Counted from the stretch's first letter, positions 8,639 to 17,844 are shown. The stretch is DNA of 48,467 nt from Candidatus Sericytochromatia bacterium (GCA_036676985.1 JAKFBU010000063.1:1-48467); one strand, 5' to 3'. Program-made: numbers and translations. The notes: generated by a model from the sequence alone, not told the origin.

Positions 8639-10375
8639 GTGATGGATCAGCCAACCACGACGGGGGGCTCTGGTCTCAAGCGCAAGATGATCGGCGAGTG
8701 GCTGTGCGGCCTCGGCCTGATCTCGCCGTTTCAGCTATCCGAAGCACTCGCGACCCAGCAGGAAACCGGCCAGCGCATCGGTCAGATCCTGATCCAGAAG
8801 GGCTTCTTGAGCGAGCGCGAGCTATCCGAGATCCTCACGCTGCAAGAGGCGCTCGCGACCAAGACGTCGCTCGCGGAATTCCCCATCGAGCCCGAGACGA
8901 TCGCCCTGGTGCCCGAGGCGTTCGCCAAGCAGAACATCATCGTGCCGCTCATGAAGGTCGGCCGACGCCTGGTCATCGCGACCCGCCGCGCGGACGACAC
9001 CAAGCTGCTCGACCACCTGTCCCTCTTGACCGGCTACATCGTGGTTCCCATCGGCTTCCGCGAGGAGGACGTGAACCCGGCTCTGGCCAAGTTCTACTCG
9101 GGCCCCACCCGCCGGGTGGACGACACCATCGAGCGCGCCGTCCAGCGCAGCGGCAACCGGGAGGACACCCGGCGCCAGCAGGTCCACGAGATCGGAGGGG
9201 CCGCGGATGCCGATGCTCCCATCGTCGAGCTCGTGAACTCCATCCTGACGGACGCGGCCGAGCGCGGCGCGGCCGACATCGCGCTGGATCCGGGCGAGGC
9301 GGGCCTGTCCATCCGCATGCGCTGCGACGGCGTCTTGCAGACCGTCCTGCAGCTGCCCCGGGCCATCGAGGCCGCCGTCATCACCCGTATCAAGGTCATG
9401 GCGGGCATGAACATCACGGAGAAGCGCCGCCCGCAGGACGGCCGCTTCTCGGTCACGGTCAACGGCGAGAAGATCGACTTCCGCTGCTCGTGCATCGCCG
9501 TCCACTGGGGTGAGCGCATCTCCTTGCGTCTGTTGCGATCGCGCTCCATCGTGCTCGGCATGGACAAGCTCGGCTTCTCGGAGCACGACAAGCAGCTCAT
9601 CGACCAGATCCTCCTCAACCCCACGGGCATCATCCTCGTCACCGGGCCCACGGGCAGCGGCAAGACGACCACGCTCTACGCGATGCTGCAGCAGTTCGAC
9701 AGCGTCTCGGACAGCATCATCACCATCGAGGACCCGGTCGAGTACCCGGTGCAGGGCATCGCGCAGATCCAGGTCAACGCCAAGATCGACCTCACGTTCT
9801 CGAGCGCCCTGCGCACGGTGCTGCGCCAGGACCCGGACGTCATCATGGTGGGTGAGATCCGCGACCTGGAGACGCTCGAGACGGCCACCAGCGCCGCCAT
9901 GACGGGCCACCTGGTGCTCTCGACCCTCCACACCAACGACGCCGTCAGCACCGTCACGCGCATGATCGAGATGGGCATCCCGCCCTACGTGGTGGGCGGC
10001 ACGGTCTCGGGCATCATCGCGCAGCGCCTCATCCGCCGCATCTGCAGCGCCTGCAAGACCACGCACGTCGCCACCCCCAAGGAGAAGGCGTTCCTGAACC
10101 TGCCCATGGACCAGGACTACAGCCTGTGGCACGGGGCCGGGTGCGACGTGTGCAACAACTCGGGCTACAAGGGCATGCTAGGCGTCTACGAGATCATCCG
10201 CATGACCCGCTCGATCCAGAACCTCATCAGCCGCGGCGAGCCCGGCACGGTGATCGAGGACGAGGCCGTGAAGTACGGCATGGTCAAGCTCTTGGACGAC
10301 GCCAAGCGCAAGGTCATCCAGGGCTTGGCCACCGTGGACGAGGTAATTCGCTGCCTGGGCACCGGCAACGATTAG
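8639..10375 (+). CDS. pilB: Type IV pilus assembly ATPase PilB (GspE family) with N-terminal MshEN domain
   Basis: Walker A GPTGSGKT, TIEDPVE, LRQDPDVIMVGEIRD, His box TGHLVLSTLHTND, tetra-Cys motif; N-terminal RIGQILIQKGFLSERELSEILTLQ. Confidence 0.95.
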   Translation: MMDQPTTTGGSGLKRKMIGEWLCGLGLISPFQLSEALATQQETGQRIGQILIQKGFLSERELSEILTLQEALATKTSLAEFPIEPETIALVPEAFAKQNIIVPLMKVGRRLVIATRRADDTKLLDHLSLLTGYIVVPIGFREEDVNPALAKFYSGPTRRVDDTIERAVQRSGNREDTRRQQVHEIGGAADADAPIVELVNSILTDAAERGAADIALDPGEAGLSIRMRCDGVLQTVLQLPRAIEAAVITRIKVMAGMNITEKRRPQDGRFSVTVNGEKIDFRCSCIAVHWGERISLRLLRSRSIVLGMDKLGFSEHDKQLIDQILLNPTGIILVTGPTGSGKTTTLYAMLQQFDSVSDSIITIEDPVEYPVQGIAQIQVNAKIDLTFSSALRTVLRQDPDVIMVGEIRDLETLETATSAAMTGHLVLSTLHTNDAVSTVTRMIEMGIPPYVVGGTVSGIIAQRLIRRICSACKTTHVATPKEKAFLNLPMDQDYSLWHGAGCDVCNNSGYKGMLGVYEIIRMTRSIQNLISRGEPGTVIEDEAVKYGMVKLLDDAKRKVIQGLATVDEVIRCLGTGND

Positions 10376-10425
10376 CCCCTCCCAGGCGGATGTTTGCACG
10401 CCCGGGCGGGTATAGTGTGCTCGTG

Positions 10426-10989
10426 ATGACCAGACGATCCGCTTCCACCAACGCTGCGGCCGGCCAGGCTTCGTCTCGTGACGCGCGCGAGGCCGGCAAC
10501 ATCGTCTTGGTCGCCGCGCTCCTCGTGCTGGCGATGGGCGTCACGGCCGTCGTGGTAGCGAAGCTGATCCAGTCGAGACTGACCCTGGATAGCGACTTGC
10601 GCCTCTCGAACTACGCGGGGATGCTCGCGCAGTACACGGCTGAAGGCGGCATCAACAGCCTGCTCTGGTACTGGAACACCCTGCCTGCGGCCAACAAGGT
10701 GTCGCCCCCCAATCGGCCCGCCAGCTATCCCGACTTTCCCCCGGTCGTCTCGACCTACTCCGTGCCTGGTGGCGGCTCCTTCTTCGTGACGTCGACCGCC
10801 ACCTACTCGGTGACGATCACGGAGCTCGTGGCGGACGTACCCAACACGACCCCGGGGCAGTACCGCGTCGTCGCAAACGCCACGGTCAGCAGCCCCGCGG
10901 CGAGCTCCAACTGGCAGACGATCACGCGGCAGGTCACCGCGACGATCGCGAGCGGTTCGCAGTATACGGTCACGGGGTACAGCCGATGA
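10426..10989 (+). CDS. Minor pilin, PilX/GspK-like
   Basis: EAG|NIVLVAALL (no Glu5), AQYTAEGGI motif; start at GTG 10423 or ATG 10426 rather than the ORF-track start. Confidence 0.75.
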   Translation: MTRRSASTNAAAGQASSRDAREAGNIVLVAALLVLAMGVTAVVVAKLIQSRLTLDSDLRLSNYAGMLAQYTAEGGINSLLWYWNTLPAANKVSPPNRPASYPDFPPVVSTYSVPGGGSFFVTSTATYSVTITELVADVPNTTPGQYRVVANATVSSPAASSNWQTITRQVTATIASGSQYTVTGYSR

Positions 10990-11477
10990 ACGCACGTGAC
11001 GGCCACGTGACCGTGCGGATCGGCGGAAAGGCGGGCTTCACCCTGCTCGAGGTGGCCATTGCCGGAGCCATCATGATGGGGGGCCTGGCCGTCATCGCCC
11101 AGCTCGTCCAGACCACGCTCCAAAGCTCGACCCCCGGCTCTACGGACGGCGTCCAGGTGGGCCCCGTGGTCGAGCAGCAGATGCGGCTCTTGGGCGCCTA
11201 CACCAAAGGGTACATCACGGGCCGGACCACGTCCGTCAACCGGGTCCGGGTCGGCCCCGTCAACATTTACTCGAACGGTACCACCCAAGGCTACATCCTC
11301 CCGGTCACGCCAGGCTACGGAGGGCGCTCCTACGGCCTGCTCGTGCAGGATGTCACGGCCCGCATGACCCAGACCTCCGATCCCGCCGTCGACCTGGTCC
11401 TCGATCCGACGGTGGGCTTCACGCGGTTCTGGAAGCTGGAGGTTAGGCCATTTGGCGATGCGCGAACGGGCCTCTAA
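10986..11477 (+). CDS. Minor pilin (PilV-like)
   Basis: G|FTLLEVAIA; ATGA overlap. Confidence 0.82.
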   Translation: MNARDGHVTVRIGGKAGFTLLEVAIAGAIMMGGLAVIAQLVQTTLQSSTPGSTDGVQVGPVVEQQMRLLGAYTKGYITGRTTSVNRVRVGPVNIYSNGTTQGYILPVTPGYGGRSYGLLVQDVTARMTQTSDPAVDLVLDPTVGFTRFWKLEVRPFGDARTGL

Positions 11478-12021
11478 CAAAGGCTTCACCTTGCTGGAGC
11501 TGGCGCTTGCCATAGCGCTCTCCGTTGTCCTGATGACGGCCTTCTTCACGGCGAGCCGAGCCTTGCTGCAGGGGCTCCTCTTGGCTGCGGACGGCATGCG
11601 GGGTCCCGCCGAGACCGCGGAGGCCATGAACCGGATGGCGGAAGACGTCGAACAGGCGACCTCCTTCATCTCGACCTCCAGCTACGCGATCCACTTCAAT
11701 ACGGCCGCCGGGCCCATCGCCTACCGGCTCTACGCGGCGGACAGCGCCTCTCAAGACCTCGTCCTGGAACGCATGTCGGGCGGGGCTTCGCAGTCGATCG
11801 GTCCCCGGCGCATGATCGCGAACTTCAACCCCTACGGTTCCACCTACAACCTGCTCAGCGGGGCCACGTCATCCGATCCCGTGTCGCTGTTCCTCTACCG
11901 AGCCACCTCCTCGAATACCGGCCCCATGCTCGACATCCAGATCCTCCTGCAGCCCAACCAGACGGCTCCGACGACGTTTTTGCGGACCATCGCGTTCATC
12001 TACAGCCGCACGACCTGGTAA
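11458..12021 (+). CDS. Minor pilin (PilW/PulJ-like)
   Basis: G|FTLLELALA, AMNRMAEDV, IAYRL. Confidence 0.82.
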   Translation: MRERASNKGFTLLELALAIALSVVLMTAFFTASRALLQGLLLAADGMRGPAETAEAMNRMAEDVEQATSFISTSSYAIHFNTAAGPIAYRLYAADSASQDLVLERMSGGASQSIGPRRMIANFNPYGSTYNLLSGATSSDPVSLFLYRATSSNTGPMLDIQILLQPNQTAPTTFLRTIAFIYSRTTW

Positions 12022-12072
12022 GGAGTGACGCAAGTCGGCTCCGGGGCTGCGGCGCGCTTCTCTGAGCGGAAC

Positions 12073-12101
12073 TTGCTCCATTCTTAGTCCGATGTTAAGA
12101 T
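12073..12101 (+). promoter_or_regulatory. Sigma70-type promoter
   Basis: TTGCTC-N17-TAAGAT with extended TG. Confidence 0.55.
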
Positions 12102-12116
12102 TTGAACGATCATCCA

Positions 12117-12152
12117 ACGGCGGGTTTTCATAGCCCCGCCGTCTTTTTTTTT
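12117..12152 (+). terminator. Intrinsic terminator
   Basis: ACGGCGGG / CCCGCCGT stem followed by C and T9. Confidence 0.85.
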
Positions 12153-12245
12153 ACCGATAACCGGCTTGACGAACGAATTATTAACCGTTACATATACGTT
12201 TGTTAAGCAATGTAACTACCTTTCTCGGGGACGAGGAGCAGACTG

Positions 12246-13685
12246 GTGACTGGCGAACGGCTGGATATGACGAAGAAGGAATTGACCGCCCTAGCGCGCA
12301 AGCGCGGGCTGAAGGGGTACAGCACGATGACCAAGGCGGAACTCGAATCGGCGCTCGGTCTCGACACCATGGTGTTCCAGGGCGAAGAGGCCCCCGAGAA
12401 GGCCAAGGGCGCGAAGGCCAAGAAGTCGGCCGCGCCGGCCAAGACCGAGGTGCCGGCGGATCCTCAGGAAGGCGAAAAGGCCAAGGCGCCCGAGGCCGCG
12501 CCCAAGCTCGGCAAGGACCAGCCCGTCGCCGAGAAGAAGGTGCCTGCGGCAGCGACCGATGAGCCTGCCGCGGCGGCCGATGAGCCCGCTGAGGCAGAAG
12601 CCGACGACAAGGAGCTCGTCGAGGCCGTCGGCGGCGACGATGTCGAGGCGGTCGATGCGGTCGAAGAGACCGAAGCGGCGGCTGAGTCGGAAGCGCCCCA
12701 GGGTCCTCCCCTCAAGAAGACCTGGACCAACCACGAGCTGTTGATCGACGAGGAGATTCCTCAGGCGCTGCCCGGCGGCTACAACCGCGATCGCGCCGTC
12801 CTCCTGGTCCGCGACCCCTTCTGGGTCTACGGCTACTGGGATCTGACGCAGGAGTCCGTGGCCCGCGCGCAGCAGGAAGGCGGCGTACGCCTGACGCTGC
12901 GGGTGCATGACGTCACGGACGTCATCTTCAACGGCACCAACTCGCACTACAGCTTCGACATCCCCATGCCGTTCGAGGGCCAGCGCGTCTGGTACTTCAA
13001 CGTCCCGACCGACGGCCGCACCTATCTCTACCAGGTGGGCTACCTGCGCGCCGACAAGCGCTTCCTCCCGCTGGTCACCTCGAACGTGGGCGCCACGCCC
13101 CGCTCGCGGATGTCCGACGTCATCGCCGACCGCTTCATGTCCATCGACTACGAGCGTCCGCTCGAGGAGGCCGTCCGCCCGACCGGCGGCGCGCCGACCC
13201 AGGCCCCGACGCCCACTCCCGCGGCTCCCGGCTTCGTCCAGGAGAACGTTCCTGCCGAGCGACCCTCCAACGACATCAGCGTTCAGATGTACCAGGAGTC
13301 GCTGCGCGGCACGCCCTACTGGTCGGCCGACATCCCCAAGTACGGCGACATGCGCGGCATGCGCGGGCTGAGCTCGGCTTCCTTGAGCAGCTGGGCCGTT
13401 CCGTCCTCGGCCGAGTTCGCCCCCAAGCCGGCAGCCGAGGGCAAGACCAAGGACTTCTGGCTCGTGGCCGACTGCGAGCTCATCGTCTACGGCGCCACCG
13501 AGCCGGACGCCAAGGTGACGGTACGCGGCCAGGCCATCCAGCTGCGGCCCGACGGCAGCTTCACGCTGCGCTTTGCTTTGCCCAACGGGATCCACCCCAT
13601 TCCCATCCACGCCGTGAACGCGGATGGCGACATGGAGCGCGGGATCACCATCACCGTCTCGCGCGACACGCAGGTGGACCAGTAG
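12246..13685 (+). CDS. DUF4912 protein with N-terminal Rho_N-like helix pair
   Basis: MTKKELTALARKRGLKGYSTMTKAEL; LLVRDPFWVYGYWD; C-terminal FWLVADCELIVYGATEPDA...DGSF. Confidence 0.88.
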   Translation: MTGERLDMTKKELTALARKRGLKGYSTMTKAELESALGLDTMVFQGEEAPEKAKGAKAKKSAAPAKTEVPADPQEGEKAKAPEAAPKLGKDQPVAEKKVPAAATDEPAAAADEPAEAEADDKELVEAVGGDDVEAVDAVEETEAAAESEAPQGPPLKKTWTNHELLIDEEIPQALPGGYNRDRAVLLVRDPFWVYGYWDLTQESVARAQQEGGVRLTLRVHDVTDVIFNGTNSHYSFDIPMPFEGQRVWYFNVPTDGRTYLYQVGYLRADKRFLPLVTSNVGATPRSRMSDVIADRFMSIDYERPLEEAVRPTGGAPTQAPTPTPAAPGFVQENVPAERPSNDISVQMYQESLRGTPYWSADIPKYGDMRGMRGLSSASLSSWAVPSSAEFAPKPAAEGKTKDFWLVADCELIVYGATEPDAKVTVRGQAIQLRPDGSFTLRFALPNGIHPIPIHAVNADGDMERGITITVSRDTQVDQ

Positions 13686-13713
13686 CCCCGGCGGCGCGAA
13701 AGGAACCAGATCT

Positions 13714-15300
13714 ATGGCCATTGGATACCTCGCGATGGTGCTGCACGCCCACCTTCCGTTCGTGCGCCACCCCGAGTACAGCTACTTCCTCGAGGAGGAT
13801 TGGCTCTACGAAGCCATCACCGAGACCTACGTCCCCCTGATCGAGGTCTACGACGGACTGTTGGCGGACGGCATCGACTTCCGCATGACCATGACGATGA
13901 CGCCTCCGCTCGTCTCGATGCTCGCGGACCCCTTGCTCCAGAGCCGCTACGTCCAGCACATCGACGAGCTCATCGAGCTTGCGGAGAAGGAAGTCGAGCG
14001 CACCCGCTTCGACGGTCACTTCAACTACCTGGCCCGGTGGTACCTGGACCACTTCCGCCGGACGCGCCACGTCTTCGTCGACCGCTACAAGTGCAACCTC
14101 GTCACCGCCTTCAAGAAGTTCCAGGACATGGGCGTGCTCGAGATCGTGACCTGCGGGGCGACCCACGGCTTCCTGCCCCTGATGCAGATCACCCCGCAGG
14201 CGGTCCGCGCCCAGATCCAGGTCGCCGCCAACTCGTACGAGCGCCACTTCGGCCGCAAGCCCCGTGGCATCTGGCTGCCCGAGTGCGGCTACTACCCGGG
14301 TGTCGACCAGTACCTCAAGGAAGCGGGCATCCGCTACTTCTTCACCGACACCCACGGCGTGCTCAACGCGACGCCCCGCCCCCGCTACGGCGGCTTCGCG
14401 CCCATCTACTGCCCCAACACGGGCGTGGCGGCCTTCTCCCGCGACCAGGAGTCGTCCAAGCAGGTTTGGAGTTCCATCGAGGGCTACCCCGGCGACACCA
14501 TCTACCGCGAGTTCTACCGCGACATCGGCTACGACCTGGACCTCGACTACATCGGGCCCTATGTCCAGCCGGACGGCACCCGCAAGAACACGGGCATCAA
14601 GTACTACCGCATCACCGGCAAGACCGATCAGAAGCTGCCCTACGATCCGTACTGGGCGCGCGAGCGCGCGGCCGAGCACGCGGGCAACTTCATGTTCAAC
14701 CGCGAGAAGCAGGTCGAGCACCTGTTCGGCATCATGGGCCGCCCGCCCATCGTGATCTCGCCCTACGACGCCGAGCTGTTCGGTCACTGGTGGTTCGAGG
14801 GCCCCTGGTTCATCGACTACCTCATCCGCAAGTCCGTCCACGACCAGGACGTCTTCAAGATGACGACTCCGGCCGAGTACCTCGAGAACAACCCCACCCA
14901 GCAGATCGCGACGCCCTCCTACTCCAGCTGGGGCGACAAGGGCTACGCCGAATTCTGGCTCAACGAGACCAACGACTGGGTCTATCCCCACCTGCACGTG
15001 GCCGCCGAGCGCATGGTGGAGCTGGCCCGCAGCTACAACGCCAACGGCAACGGTGTGGTTCAGCGGGCCCTCAACCAGTGCGCCCGCGAGCTCCTGCTCG
15101 CGCAGAGCTCGGACTGGGCCTTCATCATGAAGACGGGCACCATGGTCGAGTACGCCGTGAAGCGGACCAAGAGCCACATCAACCGCTTCAACAAGCTCTA
15201 TGACGAGATCAAGGGCGGCAGTGTGGACGAGGACTGGCTGAGCAAGTGCGAGTACCTCGACAACATCTTCCCGGAGATCGACTACCGGGTATACCGGTAA
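13714..15300 (+). CDS. GH57 1,4-alpha-glucan branching enzyme (DUF1957)
   Basis: HAHLP, ETYVP, WLPEC, PYDAELFGHWWFEG and QSSDWAF motifs. Confidence 0.93.
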   Translation: MAIGYLAMVLHAHLPFVRHPEYSYFLEEDWLYEAITETYVPLIEVYDGLLADGIDFRMTMTMTPPLVSMLADPLLQSRYVQHIDELIELAEKEVERTRFDGHFNYLARWYLDHFRRTRHVFVDRYKCNLVTAFKKFQDMGVLEIVTCGATHGFLPLMQITPQAVRAQIQVAANSYERHFGRKPRGIWLPECGYYPGVDQYLKEAGIRYFFTDTHGVLNATPRPRYGGFAPIYCPNTGVAAFSRDQESSKQVWSSIEGYPGDTIYREFYRDIGYDLDLDYIGPYVQPDGTRKNTGIKYYRITGKTDQKLPYDPYWARERAAEHAGNFMFNREKQVEHLFGIMGRPPIVISPYDAELFGHWWFEGPWFIDYLIRKSVHDQDVFKMTTPAEYLENNPTQQIATPSYSSWGDKGYAEFWLNETNDWVYPHLHVAAERMVELARSYNANGNGVVQRALNQCARELLLAQSSDWAFIMKTGTMVEYAVKRTKSHINRFNKLYDEIKGGSVDEDWLSKCEYLDNIFPEIDYRVYR

Positions 15301-15307
15301 ACAGTCT

Positions 15308-15342
15308 GGGCCCAGGAGCGTCGCTCCTGGGCCCTTTGCTTT
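15308..15342 (+). terminator. Intrinsic terminator
   Basis: GGGCCCAGGAGC / GCTCCTGGGCCC hairpin followed by TTTGCTTT. Confidence 0.75.
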
Positions 15343-15526
15343 GGCATGCCTCCCGCAGCACAGCACAGGGCGGCCGTTTGACCGGAAATGACATAACCCC
15401 TTAACCCACGATCAACCAAATACGCCAGATTCGACGGAACATTTTGGCTATGCTAGCTGTCAATAAGGTGTAACCGGCAAGCGCCGGTACCTCGAACGAG
15501 GGGAAGACGAGAGGGAGGGATTGACC

Positions 15527-15799
15527 ATGGCTGGCAAGAAACCGGGCCCGAAGAAGGGCGATCCGCGACAGGTCGAGGCCGGAAGGCGCGGCGGCCTGGC
15601 GGTCAAGGCCGAGCGGGGCAGCGAGTTCTTCGCTCAGATCGGCCGCAAGGGCGGATCGTCGACGTACAAGAAGCACGGGGAGGCCCACTTCGCGGCGATC
15701 GGGCGCAAGGGCGGACAGACCCTGAAGCAGACGCGCGGCATCGACTACTACTCGCAGATCGGCCGCCGGAGCAGGACCCCCAAGGGTGCTGACGAGTAG
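15527..15799 (+). CDS. KGG-repeat general stress protein
   Basis: Repeats AGRRGG, IGRKGG, IGRKGG, IGRR; GGGAGGG RBS. Confidence 0.88.
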   Translation: MAGKKPGPKKGDPRQVEAGRRGGLAVKAERGSEFFAQIGRKGGSSTYKKHGEAHFAAIGRKGGQTLKQTRGIDYYSQIGRRSRTPKGADE

Positions 15800-15813
15800 C
15801 CCCCCTGACGATC

Positions 15814-15846
15814 AAGCCCCCCGGGCTGCGCAGCCCGGGGGGCTTT
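15814..15846. terminator. Terminator hairpin between convergent genes
   Basis: Perfect palindrome AAGCCCCCCGGGCTGCGCAGCCCGGGGGGCTT. Confidence 0.75.
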
Positions 15847-15854
15847 GTGTAAGC

Positions 15855-15924
15855 ACGATGCGCAGATTTCGCAGATGACGCAGATTAGGGACGGATGCCC
15901 CAAGCTGTGAAATCTGCGGATCGT
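15855..15924. repeat. CGCAGAT-type palindromic repeat, copy 1
   Basis: ACGATGCGCAGATTTCGCAG pairs with CTGTGAAATCTGCGGATCGT; homologous to 33496-33548. Confidence 0.8.
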
Positions 15925-17504
15925 CAATTGGCGCCGAGATTCCGGAGGACGCTTTCGACGAGGGGCATGGGGACATCCGAGCGGATGACGACCTTGCCGA
16001 TGGCCTCCGGCAGCACGAAGCGCAGTTGACCGTCCTGGACCTTCTTGTCGTGTCCCATGGCCTCGACGAGGCCCCGGATGGGGAGGCCCTGGATGCCAAC
16101 AGGAAGGCCGGCGGCCTTGAGCCAGGTGACGAGGCGCTCGTGCTCGCCCTGGGACCACATGCCGAGCTCGAGGGCGATCGCCCCCGCCGCCACCATGCCG
16201 ATGGCCACCGCCTCGCCGTGGAGGTAGGTGCGGTAGTGGGTGACGGCTTCGATGGCATGGCCCACGGTGTGGCCGAAGTTGAGGATGGCCCGGAGGCCTC
16301 CCTCGCGCTCGTCGGCCACGACCACCTGGGCCTTGAGCTCGCAGGAGCGGGCGATGGCAGGCACCAGGGCCTCCAGCGTCCGGTCCAGGATGAGCCCGAG
16401 CTCCTGTTCCAGCCGCTCGAAGAGGGCCGCGTCCAGGATGACGCCGTACTTCACCAGCTCCGCGAGGCCGCCCCGGAACTCGCGCACGGGCAGGCTGTGC
16501 AGGGTGAGGGGATCCGCCACCACCAGGGACGGCTGGTGGAAGGCCCCGATGAGGTTCTTGCCGCGCGGATGGTTGACGGCCACCTTGCCGCCCACCGAGG
16601 AGTCGATCTGGGCGAGCAGGGTGGTCGGCACCTGGACGAAGGGCACGCCCCGCTGGTAGGTCGCCGCCACGAAGCCCGCGAGGTCCCCGACCACGCCGCC
16701 CCCGAGGGCCACCACCGGATGCCGCCGCTCCAGGCGCATGTCGATGGCCTGATCGTAGAGGCGCTCGGCCTCCTTCAGGCTCTTGGCGCCCTCCGAGTCG
16801 GGCACCACCGCGAACTGCGGCCGCCAGCCGGCGACCTCGAGGGCCGCCTTCGCACTCTCCCCGTAGAGCTTCTGGACCGTGGGGTTGGTGACGACGAGGC
16901 AGGGGCCCGGCTTGAGGACCCGGGCCATCTCGGTGCCGAGCGAGGCCAGGGCGTTGGGCGCGACGACGATGGGATAGGAGCGATCGCCGAGCTCCACGGG
17001 CACGCGCGCCTCGGTTCCGAAGCAGCGCGAGAGGATGGCGTCCGCCGTGAGGCCGGGCGAGCCGCGGCCCGTCGAGATGCGGATGGGAAAGGCCGCGTAG
17101 TAGGCCTCGCGGTCCCGGTAGCGGCGCAGGAAGCTCTCCCGGTCGGTGGCCAGGGGGCGATCGCTGCCCTCGACCCGGCGCCAGAGCTGCTCGGGCGGCG
17201 CATGCAGCACGACCACCATGCCGGATCGGCGCATGCCCGCCACGTTCTCGGGGTCGAGCACCGCCCCGCCGCCCGGGGCGATGACCTGCTGCGTGCCCGC
17301 GAGGATCCGGGCGAGGGCGGCCTTCTCACGGCTACGGAAGCCGAACTCGCCCTCGGTGTCGAAGAGCTCGGGGATGCTGCGGCCCGCCTCCTCGGCGATG
17401 ACGACGTCCACGTCCACGAAGCTCCAGCCGAGCCTGTCGGCCACGATGCGGCCCACCGTCGACTTGCCGGCGCCCATGAAGCCTAGGAGGATGAGATTCT
17501 GCAT
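15924..17504 (-). CDS. aroKB: Bifunctional shikimate kinase / 3-dehydroquinate synthase (AroK-AroB fusion)
   Basis: GFMGAGKS, GEFGFRSRE and GGG in the N-half; ALGGGVVGDLAGF, PTTLLAQIDSSVGGK, LNFGHTVGHAIE and HGEAV in the C-half. Confidence 0.95.
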   Translation of the reverse strand: MQNLILLGFMGAGKSTVGRIVADRLGWSFVDVDVVIAEEAGRSIPELFDTEGEFGFRSREKAALARILAGTQQVIAPGGGAVLDPENVAGMRRSGMVVVLHAPPEQLWRRVEGSDRPLATDRESFLRRYRDREAYYAAFPIRISTGRGSPGLTADAILSRCFGTEARVPVELGDRSYPIVVAPNALASLGTEMARVLKPGPCLVVTNPTVQKLYGESAKAALEVAGWRPQFAVVPDSEGAKSLKEAERLYDQAIDMRLERRHPVVALGGGVVGDLAGFVAATYQRGVPFVQVPTTLLAQIDSSVGGKVAVNHPRGKNLIGAFHQPSLVVADPLTLHSLPVREFRGGLAELVKYGVILDAALFERLEQELGLILDRTLEALVPAIARSCELKAQVVVADEREGGLRAILNFGHTVGHAIEAVTHYRTYLHGEAVAIGMVAAGAIALELGMWSQGEHERLVTWLKAAGLPVGIQGLPIRGLVEAMGHDKKVQDGQLRFVLPEAIGKVVIRSDVPMPLVESVLRNLGAN

Positions 17505-17563
17505 GTGATCAACCCTGTCTGCTACGGCGATGCGCGCTGCTCATGGGGCCATGGCGATCGCAG

Positions 17564-17680
17564 CCGCTCGCCCTTCGACGGCCTCAGGGTGAGCGGTTGG
17601 AAACTCAGTTACCCAGTGATAGGCGGCTCCCGAGACCCTCGACAAATCCGTTCACCCTGAGGCCCTCGAAGGGCGAACGG
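17564..17680. repeat. Inverted pair of 33-nt REP-like palindromes
   Basis: 17564-17596 CCGCTCGCCCTTCGACGGCCTCAGGGTGAGCGG matches the reverse complement of 17648-17680 with 3 mismatches; each copy is itself a hairpin. Confidence 0.8.
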
Positions 17681-17736
17681 TTCCGCCCGTACATGACCAT
17701 GTCCATGAATCCGCATGGGGGCGCAGGAGTCAAATG

Positions 17737-17768
17737 AAAACCACCCCCGGGCCGAGGCCCGGGGGTGG
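17737..17768 (-). terminator. Intrinsic terminator of tRNA-Gln
   Basis: CCACCCCCGGGC / GCCCGGGGGTGG hairpin followed by TTTT on the minus strand. Confidence 0.8.
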
Positions 17769-17773
17769 CGAGG

Positions 17774-17844
17774 CACCCCGTCATGGATTCGAACCACGAT
17801 AAGCAGAGTCAGAGTCTGCTGTCCTACCATTGAACGAACGGGGT
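17774..17844 (-). tRNA. tRNA-Gln(CTG)
   Basis: Cloverleaf ACCCCGT-TC-GTTC AATGGTA GGAC-A-GCAGA CTCTGAC TCTGC-TTAT-CGTGG TTCGAAT CCATG-ACGGGGT-G; CCA not encoded. Confidence 0.95.

Noticed and set aside
15924-17504. AroK-AroB fusion as a novelty
   Set aside because: Such bifunctional fusions are already known in several bacterial lineages
17560-17844. Integrated element at tRNA-Gln
   Set aside because: No integrase and no duplicated tRNA 3' end seen; the flanks are housekeeping genes
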